This document shows, in pieces, positions 18,837-31,000 of a stretch of 64,000 bases of DNA. The notes beneath the pieces were generated by a model that worked only from the letters and a program-made list of their open reading frames with translations, did not search any database and was not told the DNA's origin. Both the position numbers and the translations under genes were made by a program. Each line of letters opens with the position of its first letter. Positions within the stretch are counted from its first letter, which is position 1. The stretch spans positions 288,001-352,000 of the forward strand of contig JBPOGI010000002.1 in assembly GCA_051251855.1 (NCBI GenBank), read 5' to 3'. The DNA comes from Roseibacillus sp. (lineage in GTDB: Bacteria > Verrucomicrobiota > Verrucomicrobiia > Verrucomicrobiales > Akkermansiaceae).

Positions 18837-21320
18837 ATGCGTAAAACCCCTGCATCTTTCCAAGAGGAAGCAAAGCCCCTTCTCAATCAGTTTCTTGCAA
18901 GAGTGAAGTACGTAGAGTGCCCCTGCTTTCGTGCCTTGAGCCTTTGCCTTTTGAGTGGATTTTCGTTGTCGTTGAATCAGGCTTTGGGACAAGAGATTCC
19001 CGGTTGGGATTTGGTTTGGTCGGATGAATTTACGCAAGCAGATGGAACTGGGCCTGATTCTTCGAAATGGGGTTACGATATTGGGAGAGGTTCCAATGGT
19101 TGGGGAAATGCCGAACTGCAATACTACACCAGCCGAACCGACAATGCTCGTATTGAGAATAACGAGTTGGTGATCGAGGTGAGGCAGGAGAACAACTATG
19201 CGAACTCAGGAGCGAATTACACTTCGGCGCGCCTCCTGACGCAGGATAAGTGGGATTGGACTTACGGTCGCTTCGAAGCTCGCATCAAAGTGCCGAGTGG
19301 TAGTGGTTTGTGGCCTGCCTGTTGGATGTTGGGCAACAATATCGACACCGTGAGTTGGCCTCAATGCGGAGAAATCGATATCATGGAGTTTGTAGGTCGC
19401 TTGCCGCAGGAGATTTTTGGAACAATCCACGGGCCTGGCTATGCGGGTGGAGCTTCCTTTGGAAATATCTACGACTTTGGGTTCGATGTCGCGGATGATT
19501 ACCACGTGTATGTGGTGGAATGGGAGGAAGACCTGATTCGATGGTATGTGGACGGCATTCTCTATCATACTGCCGAACCTAGTGATGTCGCTCCTAACGA
19601 GTGGGTCTTCGATCATGGCCAATTCATGCTGCTCAATGTAGCGGTAGGCGGAAACTTTGGGGGAACCTTGGACCCGGCAGTGACTTTTCCAAAGCAGATG
19701 CTCGTGGATTATGTACGAGTGTATGCGGCGGAAGGTGATGGCAATGTCTTAATGAATCCAGGTTTGGAGTCGGGGGATTTGAGTTCGTGGACTCCCTACG
19801 ATGCTGCAGGGGCGAATGATCCGGGAGCTTTCGTTGAGTCGACGAGTTCGACCTATTACAATGGAGGAAACGGAGGAGGCGACAATGTACTGACTCATTC
19901 GGGAACGTATGTGGCGAAGGTCTTTGGAGACTTTATCGGGGCTGAGAACTTTAATGGCTTTTATCAAGATGTTGCTGCGGCTCCGGATACGACTTGGAGC
20001 GCAGGTGGTTTTGCGCTCACTCATCCTCAGGATCTGATGTCGGGGAATAATACCGCATGGCTGGAAGTGAGCTTCCGTGATGGCTCGGGAACTGTCTTAG
20101 GGCTCTACCGTTCGGATGTTTTGACGTCAGCAAATGTGACGCCGGGGGCTTGGATGGCTTTGTCGGTAAGTAATGAGATAGACCCAAATACTTTTGCGGT
20201 TTTAGGGACGACTTCGGAACTGGAGGCTCCAGCGGGGACGACGATGATTCGTTTCCAAACGGTTTACCGACAAGATGGAGGCAACGATGGGGGATCGATG
20301 TATTTTGATGATCTGAGTTTGGTTGAGATTGTGGTGGTGCCATTGGAAGCTTGTTTTGAAAAAGGAACACTTCTTGAGTGGACTGCAGGAAGCTCGTCGA
20401 GTACTTACCAGCCTCAAACATCTCTCGATGGTCTTTCTTGGGATGACCTTGGTGATATTATTGTTGGTGATTCTGTGACTTCGTTTTTCGCTGCGGAGGA
20501 AGCTGCCTTCTATCAGGTAATTGAAACGACATCGGGGACGACCGGAAACGGGGTTCAGAATCCAGGCTTTGAAGTTGCAGAGGCTCAGATTCATCCCAGC
20601 GTTGGTGCCACCCAGTGGACCATTGCAGGTGCTGAAGATACTGACCCATCCAATGGATTGGCGACGATGACAGCGGAAAGCTCTTACTCCACTTTTACTC
20701 CTCGTAGTGGAAGTCGCATGTTGGTTTTTGAAAGCACCACTCCTCCTGCGCCGGCGGGCGTGAACGCTCCCTACTCGGATGTAAGGAGTGCTCATATCGA
20801 TGTGGATGGTGATACGAGCTATGAACTCTCATTCTATGCGGCGCATGTGATGAAGATCGGAGGAGCGAATCCTCAGGTGAATATTCGATTCTACAACTCG
20901 GGAGGAGCCTATGTAGGTGATGCCGGGTTCGAGAGCTTTTCTTCGCTTGGTTCCACTTGGACGGAAGTGACAAAGACCTTCACCGCTCCTGCCGAGGCGG
21001 CCTTCGCTGAGGTTTCTTGGATTCAAGCCCTTGGCGCTGGCAATGACTGGCATTGGGTAACTCTCATCGACGATGTCGAAATTCTAACGGATAATCTTCC
21101 CGGAACGGATACGGTTCTCCCGACTGTGGTGGAAGAAGGCTATCAGATTTCCTGGCCTTCAGTGTTGGGAAGAAATTACCAGGTGACTTCGAGCGCAGAT
21201 CTGATTGATTTTACAACCGTTGAAGGCTCATTTACGGGCGATGGAACAATGAAGAATCATGCGGGGGCCGCGAATGAGCCTCAGAGGTTCTTTAGGGTAG
21301 AGGAAGTGGTTCTTCCCTAG
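18837..21320 (+). CDS. Secreted GH16 glycoside hydrolase (laminarinase-like) with two CBM4-like modules
   Basis: WSDEF, WGNAELQYY, YTSARL, WPQCGEIDIME (ExDxxE). NPGLE and NPGFE...IDDV jelly-roll modules. Confidence 0.92.
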   Translation: MRKTPASFQEEAKPLLNQFLARVKYVECPCFRALSLCLLSGFSLSLNQALGQEIPGWDLVWSDEFTQADGTGPDSSKWGYDIGRGSNGWGNAELQYYTSRTDNARIENNELVIEVRQENNYANSGANYTSARLLTQDKWDWTYGRFEARIKVPSGSGLWPACWMLGNNIDTVSWPQCGEIDIMEFVGRLPQEIFGTIHGPGYAGGASFGNIYDFGFDVADDYHVYVVEWEEDLIRWYVDGILYHTAEPSDVAPNEWVFDHGQFMLLNVAVGGNFGGTLDPAVTFPKQMLVDYVRVYAAEGDGNVLMNPGLESGDLSSWTPYDAAGANDPGAFVESTSSTYYNGGNGGGDNVLTHSGTYVAKVFGDFIGAENFNGFYQDVAAAPDTTWSAGGFALTHPQDLMSGNNTAWLEVSFRDGSGTVLGLYRSDVLTSANVTPGAWMALSVSNEIDPNTFAVLGTTSELEAPAGTTMIRFQTVYRQDGGNDGGSMYFDDLSLVEIVVVPLEACFEKGTLLEWTAGSSSSTYQPQTSLDGLSWDDLGDIIVGDSVTSFFAAEEAAFYQVIETTSGTTGNGVQNPGFEVAEAQIHPSVGATQWTIAGAEDTDPSNGLATMTAESSYSTFTPRSGSRMLVFESTTPPAPAGVNAPYSDVRSAHIDVDGDTSYELSFYAAHVMKIGGANPQVNIRFYNSGGAYVGDAGFESFSSLGSTWTEVTKTFTAPAEAAFAEVSWIQALGAGNDWHWVTLIDDVEILTDNLPGTDTVLPTVVEEGYQISWPSVLGRNYQVTSSADLIDFTTVEGSFTGDGTMKNHAGAANEPQRFFRVEEVVLP

Positions 21321-21350
21321 GAACGCAGTCGTGACCGGGTCGTTTTTATT

Positions 21351-22031
21351 CTAAGAAGTTGATTGAGCATTTTCGTTGAATCGAAGAATTGAAACGTTTT
21401 TGGGGCGGCTTTCTGTCGCTAAGTGGCAGACGAAGTCTTGGCCGCAGTCGATGGCGGTCAGCTGCATAATGGCTCTGTGACTGGAGGAGATACTTGCGAA
21501 GTGGGGAAGATCGGTTTCAACGTCACAGGGTTCGATTTCAAAGCCTGTTCCCAAGGCTTTCAAGTAGGCTTCTTTTGCGGTCCAGAAGCGGTAAAAGGTT
21601 GTGAGGAGCTGGTCTGCTGTGAGCTCGAAGAGGGTCGCCTGTTCTGTGTGGGTGAGGACTCTCTTGGCGAGTTCTTTTAAGTCTTCTAGGGGGAGGTTTT
21701 TTTCAAGATCGATGCCGAGGGAGGGGGCTGTTGAGACGCCGAGAACGCTGAGTCCCTCGGTGTGCGAAATGTTGAACTCCAATCCGGGGAGGGAGGGTTT
21801 CCCCTGGTTGCTTTCTTCGAAAACGAGGTCTCGGGGATGCTGGGCGAGGTAGTTGGCGAGAATGATTCGTTTAGCGTTTTGAGTGAAGGCGTAGCGTTGG
21901 CGGTCTCTTTCAAAACGGTAGCTCTCTAAGCGGGCGCATTCTTCCTTGTTTAAGCGTGCGGTCTCAATTTCACGATGCTCTAACAGCCAAAGATGAACTT
22001 CATCACAGGCTGGCAGGGTAGGGGTGGTCAT
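21351..22031 (-). CDS. Sfp-type 4'-phosphopantetheinyl transferase
   Basis: GKP, FNISHT, GIDLE, WTAKEAYLKA; starts 3 nt after the megasynthase stop. Confidence 0.95.
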   Translation of the reverse strand: MTTPTLPACDEVHLWLLEHREIETARLNKEECARLESYRFERDRQRYAFTQNAKRIILANYLAQHPRDLVFEESNQGKPSLPGLEFNISHTEGLSVLGVSTAPSLGIDLEKNLPLEDLKELAKRVLTHTEQATLFELTADQLLTTFYRFWTAKEAYLKALGTGFEIEPCDVETDLPHFASISSSHRAIMQLTAIDCGQDFVCHLATESRPKNVSILRFNENAQSTS

Positions 22032-22034
22032 GGT

Positions 22035-25000
22035 CTAGACACGGTTTCCGAGGAATCCTCGTAACTTGGCTGCGAGGGTGGTGACGTGAGGTTCTTGGAA
22101 AATAGTGAGATGCTCGCCGGGAATGGTGATGACTTTAAGGTCGCCACGGACATAGCCTTCCCAGCCGAGGTGCGGCGGGTAGATGACGCCGTCGCCTTGG
22201 TCTTCGGCAGTGAAAAGCACGACATCGCCATCGTAGGCTTTGGGTGAGTAGCGTCTCATTGCTTTGTCGTGGGCTTCGCGCACGATGACCGTTTGGATCT
22301 TTGGCCCGACGTCCATGCCGGTAGAAGTTGCGACGCTGGCGGCGGCCTTCTCACTCTGGACCTTGAGCTTGTTCACTAATCCTTCGCCAAAGCGTCCGCT
22401 GAGCTTGCCTACGCGACCGACCCAAGACCTATCCGAGTTTTCCGACCATTGGCGGGAGGCGCGTTCAGCAAGGGAGAGGTAGCGTGGAGCCACTGAGGGA
22501 TTGTCGGTGTCGAAGAGGCAGAGGAGTTCAACTTCGTCACCGGCTGCCTTGAGTTGCTGTGCGATTTCGTAGACTACAATGCCACCGAAGCAATAGCCAC
22601 CTAACAGGTAGGGACCTTCTGCTTGTACAGTTTTGATTTGCTTGAGGTAGGTCTTGGCCGTTTCTTCGATGGTGGGAGCAACATCTCCTTCTCCTGAGAG
22701 AGCGGGTGCTTCAAGGGTGTAGAAGGGCCTGTCCTTGGCCAAGCCATCGGAAAGCTGGCGATAAATGAGGGTGCCTCCATCGCCGCCGTGGATGCAGAAT
22801 AGAGGGGATTTTTCGCCCTTCTTGTGAAGAGCCGTGAGGCTGGCCGGAGTCGCTTCGACTGGCTCGCGTGGGGCGAAGCGGGCGGCGAGTTGTTCGATGG
22901 TGGGAGCTTCGAACAAAGTCGAGAGGGGGAGCTTCTTTCCGAACTCTTTGTCGATTTGATTGAAGAGCTTGAGCGCTTGAAGGGAGTGGCCTCCGAGGTC
23001 GAAGAAGGATCGATTAACGGGAAGGTCCGCGGTGCCGAGGACTTTACTCCAAATGGCGGCCATGCGCGTTTCGGTTTCGCCTTGCGGAGCGCGCTCGGAT
23101 TCTTGCGCTGGGGCGTCGTAGCTTTCGAGTTGAAGAAGGGCGCGGTCATCGACTTTGCCGTTTTCGGTAACGGGAATGGTTTCGACGAGAACGATGCGGG
23201 AAGGGATGAGGTGACCCGGCAAGAAAGACTGCAGAAAGATCTTGGCATCAGCCTCGGTGAGGTCGGTGTCTTGAGATGTGAGGTAGGCTACGAGAGTTTT
23301 CTCCTCGGCGTTTTCCCCTTGAGCGACCACGCGTGCTTGGGTGACGTCATGGTGACGGCAAAGCGCTTCTTCGATTTCAGCAGGGTCGATGCGGAAGCCT
23401 CGGATTTTGACTTCGTTGTCGGTTCGGCCCAAGAATTCGATGACGCCGTCGGGGCGATAACGAGCGCGGTCACCAGTGCGGTAGAGCTTGCTGTCGTTCT
23501 CGGATGAGAAGGGGTTGTCAATGAAGCGCTCGGCAGTGAGGGCCTCGTTCTGATAATAGCCGCGTGCCAGTCCATCGCCACCGATGTAGAGCTCACCCTC
23601 GGACATGGGAGGGAGTGGGTTGAACTGTTTGTCTAACAGGTAGACTTCGGTGTTTGAGATGGGTTTGCCAATTGGGACGGAGGCGTTTTCCAGATCGGCG
23701 GATGTGATGGTGTGACAGCAGGTGAAGGTGGTGTTCTCGGTAGGCCCGTAACCGTTGATAAGCTTGAGGTTCGGTAACTGGTTAAGAACTTTGGCAACGT
23801 GATGCTTGGAGAGTACGTCTCCACCGGCGAGGAGTTGCTTGAGGGGGCGGAGTACTTCGAGGTTCTCGTCGACCATGAGTTGAAAGAGTCCTGATGTGAG
23901 CCATAGCGTCGAGATGTCGTAGTCGCGAATGTGACTGGCGATGGTGTCGAGGCTAGGTGCGCCGGGTGGCAAGAGGACGAGCTTGCCGCCATTCAGGAGG
24001 GGAGCCCAAATCTCGAAGGTAGAAGCGTCGAAGGAAAGGGAGGAGGCTTGGAGGTAGACTTGGTTCTCGTCGAGTTGAGCGTAGTTGGTATTGCGAACCA
24101 ATCGTACGATGCCGCGATGAGTGACTTCGACTCCCTTAGCATTGCCGGTAGACCCTGAAGTGAACATCAGGTAGGCGAGGTCGGTGGGGCCGTTTTTGAG
24201 AGGGAGGTTCGAGGTTCCGCTGTCGTTGGCGTCTTCGTCATTGAGAACTTCATCAACGGAGATGACTTTTCCTGAGAAGGACGTGACTTGCTCCTGATAA
24301 TTGGAACGAGTCAAGAGCACGGGCGCGTCGGTCTGGTCCAAGAGGCTGGTGATCCGCTCAACGGGGTAGCAGGGGTCAATAGGAAGGTAGGCTCCTCCTG
24401 CTTTCATCACTGCAAGAGCGGAAATAATGAAGTCGAAGGACCGATCCAGCACGACCGGGATAGGCTGGCTGGCTTTTACGCCGGCTTCGCGAAGTTGAAC
24501 CGCGAGGCGATTGGCAAGGCGGTTGAGAGTTTGGTAGCTCATCGACCAGTCGCGCATTTGGAGGGCGGTTCGCTCAGGGTAGGTGGCGGCGACTTCTTCA
24601 AAGAGTTGCTGCACTGTCGAGGTGCGAGGATAGTCCGTGGTGTTGTTGGCGGACAAGGGGAGCGGGCGTCCCATGGTCTCAGGCGCGGGGGCGGGGAGCT
24701 CTTTACGAGTGGGTCCCTCGGGCTTGTTCGCTATTTCTTCGAGGATTCCGCGATATTGCTTCATCCAGCTTTCGACGGTGCTGTGCTCGAAGACCGCGGT
24801 ATTGAAGTGGCACTCGATACTGACTCCGTTTTTGGATTCAACGAGGTTGAGGAAGAGAAGTTGGTTGACGAAAGACTTCGGGCTATCAAGGAACTCGGTT
24901 TCGAGTCCGTCGAAGGGTTTAAAGTAGTCCATGCGCTCGAGGTTGAAGCCAACTTCGGTCAAGGGCATGCGGCCGGGACGGCGTTGCAGTTGAAGCTTGG

Positions 25001-28000
25001 GGACGAGTTGACCGTAGGTGCAGTCTTGATGCTCGTAGGCTTCGAGAACGCGAGAAGCGATGTCTTTGACGAGTTCGCTGAAGGGTTGGCTCGGTGCGAC
25101 CTTGGCGCGGAGAGGGAGAAAGTTGACGCAGTGACCGACGAGGTTCTCCAAGCCTTGGGAGGACTGCCCAGCGGCGGGGATGCCGATGACGAGGTCTCCT
25201 TGACCGGTGAGGCGGTTGAGGAGAATGCTAAATGCGCTCAGGGTGGTTGCGTAAAGAGTAGCCCCTGATTTGGCTCCAGCTTTGCGTAGCTTCTTCAGAA
25301 GGTCGGCATCGATGTTCTCGTGCAAAGTTGAGCCTGAGAAGGTGCGGTGATTAGGGAAAGGACGGTCTGTTGGGAGATTGAGGAGGGGGACGGTGTCGGG
25401 ATACTGTGAGACCCAGTAGTCGAGATGCGGGTCAGGAGTGTTGGACTGTTCGCGCTCGGCGCGGGCTAAGGCGTAGTTGGCGAAGCTCGCAGAGGGGGTG
25501 AGGGGATTGCTTTGTCCTTGGGAGAAGGCGTTGTAGCAATCGCTCAGGTTTTCGATGAGGACGTTAAAAGACCAACCGTCAGCCACCATATGGTGAGCGG
25601 TGAGGAAGAGGATGTGGCGGGTTTCGCTCACTTTGCTTAGCTTGGCTCGCACGAGGGGAGCTTTATCGAGATCGAACGGAGTGAAGGCCTGAGTCTGAGT
25701 GGCGAGACGGATGGCTTCTGCTTTGTCGTCTTCCGAGAAGGAGCTAATGTCGCGGAACTTGAAGGGGACTTGGACCTTGTCTGCGATTTCCCAAGTGTTG
25801 CCATCGAGGTCGAAGGTGGAGCGCAGGGCGTCGTGGTGATTGACGGCGGTGTTGAGTGCTTTTTCGAGAGCGGAACTGTCGAGGGGGCCGTCGAAGATAA
25901 GTGAGGTCGCTTCGTTGAAGGCGCAGGAAGCTTCGTGACCGAGTTGGCAGGCTAGCCAGATTTCCTGCTGGGCTTCGGTGAGCGGAAGTTCGGTGTGCTT
26001 CTTAGGTGCTGCAGGAGGGGCAACAGGGGCTGGAACTGGGAGAGGCTGGGCGGTGCCTTTTCCGAGGCGGGGAGAGGGACCGGTGAGCTGAGGCTCGCTG
26101 TTGATCTTGAGAGCTTCGGTCTCTTTGAGAAAGCCTGCCGCTTGCAGTTCGGCCACCGCCTCTTTAAAGGCACGAATGACATAGTCGATGTCCTCGTCGG
26201 TGTGGGTGGTGGTGATGTAGGAGGGGAAGCCTTCGAGGATGAAGACACCACGCTTGCGAAGGTGGAAGAAGAGAAGGTTGCCGTATTTGCAGTCCTCGCC
26301 GACTCGCACGAAGAAGCGGGAGTTGAGACCGGGGAGGCGGATGGAGACTTCATTGTCGACCATGAATTGGTCCACCGTCTTGTAGAGTCGCTCCGCCTTG
26401 GCATTGAGGTCAGCCCAGAGTTGCGGACCTTGCGCCTTGAGATGGGTGAGGACTGCGTGGGCAGCAGCGATGCCGAGGGGGTGGCGGACGAAGGTGCCTG
26501 CGAAGAAGGTGACGTCGCCTTCGGGGAAAGAGTCGTCGCCGTATTCCCAATGGCCACCGTCGAAGGTGTCCATGTATTTGGCTTTGCCGGCCACGATGCC
26601 GATGGGAAGTCCGCCGCCGATGACTTTGCCGTAGGTGGAGATGTCTGACTTGACGCCGTAGAAGCCTTGCGCGCCATGAGGGCCGTCGCGGAGTCCGCAA
26701 ATGACTTCGTCGAAGATGAGGAGAGCGTCGTTGTCGTCGGCGAGGGTGCGGAGTTCTTTAACGAATTCCTTGGGCTGGAACTCGGGGCGGCGACTTTGCA
26801 CGGGCTCAATCATGATGGCCGCGAGCTCGTGGGCGTGCTCTTTGAGAATCTCCATTGATTCTTCAGTGCCGTAGTCGAGCACGAGCATGTTAGAAACCGC
26901 GGACTTGGGCACGCCGGGCGCGCTGGGGAAGGTGCGGGGTTTCTTCTTGGCTTGGGAGCCACGGAGTAGGACTTCGTCGAAATTACCGTGGTAGTCTTTG
27001 GTGAAGACTGCGATTTTGTCTCGTCCGGTAGCAGTTCGTGCGAGGCGCATGGCGGCTTGGACCGCTTCGGAACCAGTGCAGACGAAGGAGCAACGCTCGT
27101 TGCCAGTCATCTCGCAGAACATTTGCGCGGTTTCGCCAGCGAGAGGGGTTTGGGGACCGACTTCGTAGCCGGACATCATCTGCTTTTGTACTGCTTCTAG
27201 AACGAAATCAGGAGAGTGGCCGAAGAAGCCGGGGCCAAAGCCGTTGAGGATGTCGATGTATTCGTTGCCATCGATGTCGAGGAGGCGGGAGCCTTTCGAT
27301 TGCTCGACCACGAGCTGGTAGATCATTTCTTTCCAGTTGCGATCGAATCCGGAGACGGTGCGTGGGTCGGCGTGGAAGCGGCGATACTTGGCGGTCCATT
27401 CTTTGGAAGATTTGGTGCGGGCCACGTAGCTGTTGACGAGTTGCTCGATGTGCTCGCGCTGTTGGGCGGTGAGGCTGTCGTCGGCATCTCGGCTGATGGT
27501 TGTGGTGGAGCCAGAGGCGGTGCCGGAAGTAGGTTTGTTTTCCTTAGCTTTCGAGGGCTGCGCAGTCGCAGAAGGAGAAGGGACGGCGGGGATTTGGGCG
27601 GCTGCGGGCTGGGGGGGAGGAGTAGGAGCCGCGGGGGTAGCGGGAATGCCTGCGAGCATCTGCATTTGAGCCTGCATGAACTGCATTTGCTGCATCTGCA
27701 TGTTCATCATTTGGGCCATCATGCCGGCTTGGTCGCCGCCGGGAGCGACCGTAGTGGTCGGGAAAGGTTGCTGAAGTGCTGGTTGCTGCAGTGCGGCTTG
27801 GGGAGCCTGTTCGGCGGGTGCTTCGACGGCGGGTGCTGCAGGTTGGAACTGGGAGGGGTCGGCTTCGTTGTCGAGATGGTTCACGATGTCGCCGATGGTG
27901 GGGAGTTCGGCGAGGAGCTGACGCATGGTGGTGGTCACACCAAAGGCTTTTTCGATTTCTTTGCTCACTTGGGTGAGCATGAGGGAGTCGAAACCAAGCT

Positions 28001-31000
28001 CAATGAGAGTGGCTTCGAATTCCATTTCTTCGGTTTCGATTCCGGAGAGGTCGTTGAGAACTTCACAAAGGCGTTCGTGAATCAAAGGCTTGCGATCAGT
28101 GGACATAACAGTGGGAACAGTTTGGTTGGGGACAGGGGAGGTGACCGCGACCGGCTGGGGAGCGGCTGGAGCGGCGAGAGTTTGGGGCGCTTGGGGGAGA
28201 GAAGGGAGTTCGGCAGCGAGAGACTTGGGTTCGATCCAGAATCGCTTGCGTTCGAAGGGATAGGTGGGAAGAGGAACGCGCTTGCGGACTTCGTCGCCAT
28301 TGTAGGCCTTCCAGTCTATGGTGTGGCCATGAATCCAAAGCTGTCCGAGGGCGAGCTGGAAGTGAAGCGCATCCGAGGCGTCGTCGGTGGCGTGGCCAGA
28401 GACCGAGAAGATGGCTTGTTTTGCCTTTTTGTCCGCGACCTGGCGGGAAAGGGTGGAAAGAGTTTGTCCGGGGCCGACCTCTAACAAGGTGGTCTCGGGA
28501 GATTCGCAGAAGTGTCCAGCAGCTTGGGTGAAGCGGACGGTCTTGCGCACGTGGGAAGCCCAGTAGTGCGAATCGGTGGCTTGTTCGTCGCTGAGCCATT
28601 CAGTGGTGACAGTGGAGCGGATGGGGATGGAAGGAGGATTGAGCTGAGCCTTTTCGATGACCTTTTGGAAGGGCTCGATAACTCCGTCCATCATCCAGCT
28701 GTGGAATCCGTGGGAGGTGTGGAGAGGTTTGGCTGCGATGTCTTGTTCAGTGAGAAGGGCGGTGAACTTTTCGAGTTCGTCGTGTGGTCCTGCAACGACG
28801 CAGAGTTCGGGGCCGTTGACGGCGGCGAGGTCGAGTTTTTCGGGGATGAGGGGAGTGAGCTTTTCTTCGCACAAGCGGACGGAGAGCATGCCGCCTTTTT
28901 CGACCGCTTGCATGAGAGCGCCGCGTTGGGCGAGAATGCTGAGGGCGTCTTCGAGAGAGAGGATGCCTGAGATGGTGGCGGCGACGAGTTCACCGACACT
29001 GTGGCCGACAAGGGCGGTGGGCTGGAGACCCCAGTGCATGAGGAGTCGGGCTTGGCAGTAGCTGAGGACAAAGATGGCGGGCTGGGCCATGATGGTCTGC
29101 TTGATGCGGAGGCCGGCGGCTTCTTGATCGGCATCGGGGTTTGGGAAAAGGGTGTCGCGGAGGTCCTCGCCGAGATGTGGTAAAAGGATTTCGGCGCAGC
29201 GGTCGAGTTCGGCGCGGAAGTAGGGCTCGGACTGATAAAGGTCGCGGCCCATGCCGACGGTTTGGGAACCTTGGCCGGGAAACATGAAGACGAGCGGGGC
29301 GTCAGCTTGTTTGGGAGTGCCTTTAACGGAGCGCGCTTTGTCGAGAGAGAGCAGGGAGTCGCTGACGAGGATTTGGCGCTTGGCGAAGTGTTTACGACCG
29401 ATGCGTAAGGTGTGGGCGACGTCGGCGGGGTTTGTGGAGCTATTGTTTGCGCCGTAGTTGACGAAGTTTTCTTTGGCTTGAGCGAGGGCTTCGTCGCTGC
29501 GAGCGGAGAGGGGAAAGAATTGGAAGGGGCGCAGAGAGGTAGAAGACTCCTGTTCGGGAGGCTCTTCTAAGATGACGTGAGCATTGGTGCCGCCGACACC
29601 GAAGGACGAGATGCCTGCGCGACGAGGAGCGTCTTTGGGATGCCAGTCGGTCAGGCTATCGTTGACGTGGAAGGGAGAGCTGGCGAAGTCGATTTTGGGA
29701 TTCGCTTTTTGAAAGTGGAGAGTGGCGGGGATCTTTCCGTGTTCGAGGGAAAAGGCGGTTTTGATGGTAGCGGTGACACCGGAGGCGATATCGAGGTGGC
29801 CAACGGTGGGTTTGACGGAGCCAAGAGCACAGCCCTGGTTGTGGGTCACACCGAGGTCGCGAAAGGCTTTGGTGAGACCAGCGACCTCGATGGGGTCGCC
29901 GAGGGGGGTGCCGGTGCCGTGGGCTTCGACGTAGGAAATGGTGGAGGGGTCGATGCCGGCGTCGGCGATGGCGTCTTTGATGACTCCGGCTTGGCCATCG
30001 ATGCTAGGGGCGGTGTAAGAGTGCTTGCGACCGCCGTCGTTGTTGAGGGCGCAGCCTTTGATGATCGCATGGATGTGATCGCCATCGCGCAGAGCGTCGT
30101 CGAGACGCTTGAGAAGCACGATGCCGGCGCCGTTAGAGAAAACAGTGCCAGTGGCTTGTTCGTCGAAGGTGCGGCAATGGCCGTCTTGGGATAGGATGCC
30201 GTCGGGGGTGAAGTAGTAGCCTTTTTTCTCGGGGAGAGTGATGGTGATTCCTCCCGCCATGGCCATGTCGCAGGCGTTAGCGCGCAGGCTTTGGCAGGCA
30301 GTGGAGATGGCGACGAGGGAAGTGGAGCAGGCGGTCTGCACCGTCATGGCGGGGCCGCGCAAGTTGAGCTTAAAGGCGACGCGGGTTGCGAGGTAGTCTT
30401 TGTCGTTGCCTAGCTCGGCTTGTAGGGTGCCGACTTGGATTTGGGGAATCCAGTCGGCGAGGAATTCGCGGTCGGTAGCGAGATTGGAAAGGGCGTAGGT
30501 GTCGAGGTAGTTGCCGGCCCAGAGCCCAATCTTGCCTTCGTACTCTTCGGAATTGTAACCGGCGTCTTCGAGGCAGTCCCAAGCGAGTTCGAGGAAGACT
30601 CGATGCTGGGGATCCATGAGCTTGGCTTCGTTGGGGAGGACTCCGAAGAACTTGGCGTCGAAGTTCTCGACGTTTTCCATGAGGCCTTTAACTGGCACGT
30701 AGCCGGGGTCGTTGCGGACTTTGGCAGGGTCAACGTTAGCGGAGAGGAGTTCTTCGTCGGTGAGTTGAGTGAGGCACTCTTTGCCGTCGACAAGATTTTG
30801 CCAGAAGGCTTGCACGTTGGGGGACTCGGGAAGGCGGCAAGACATGCCGACAATGGCGATGTCACGGCTTTGGTCGTTGTCCTTGGCTGGGGATGTTTGT
30901 TCGGCGGGAGCTTGTTCTTGCTCGGTTAGAAGCTTGGCTTGGGTGGCGACGGTCGAGTTTTGGAAAAGCTCTGCTGCGGTGAGAGGCTTTTGGAAATAGC

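Noticed and set aside
24288..30929. Long plus-strand ORFs inside the PKS/NRPS (e.g. 27216-28484, 24288-25268)
   Set aside because: Antisense shadows with biased composition and no recognisable domains.
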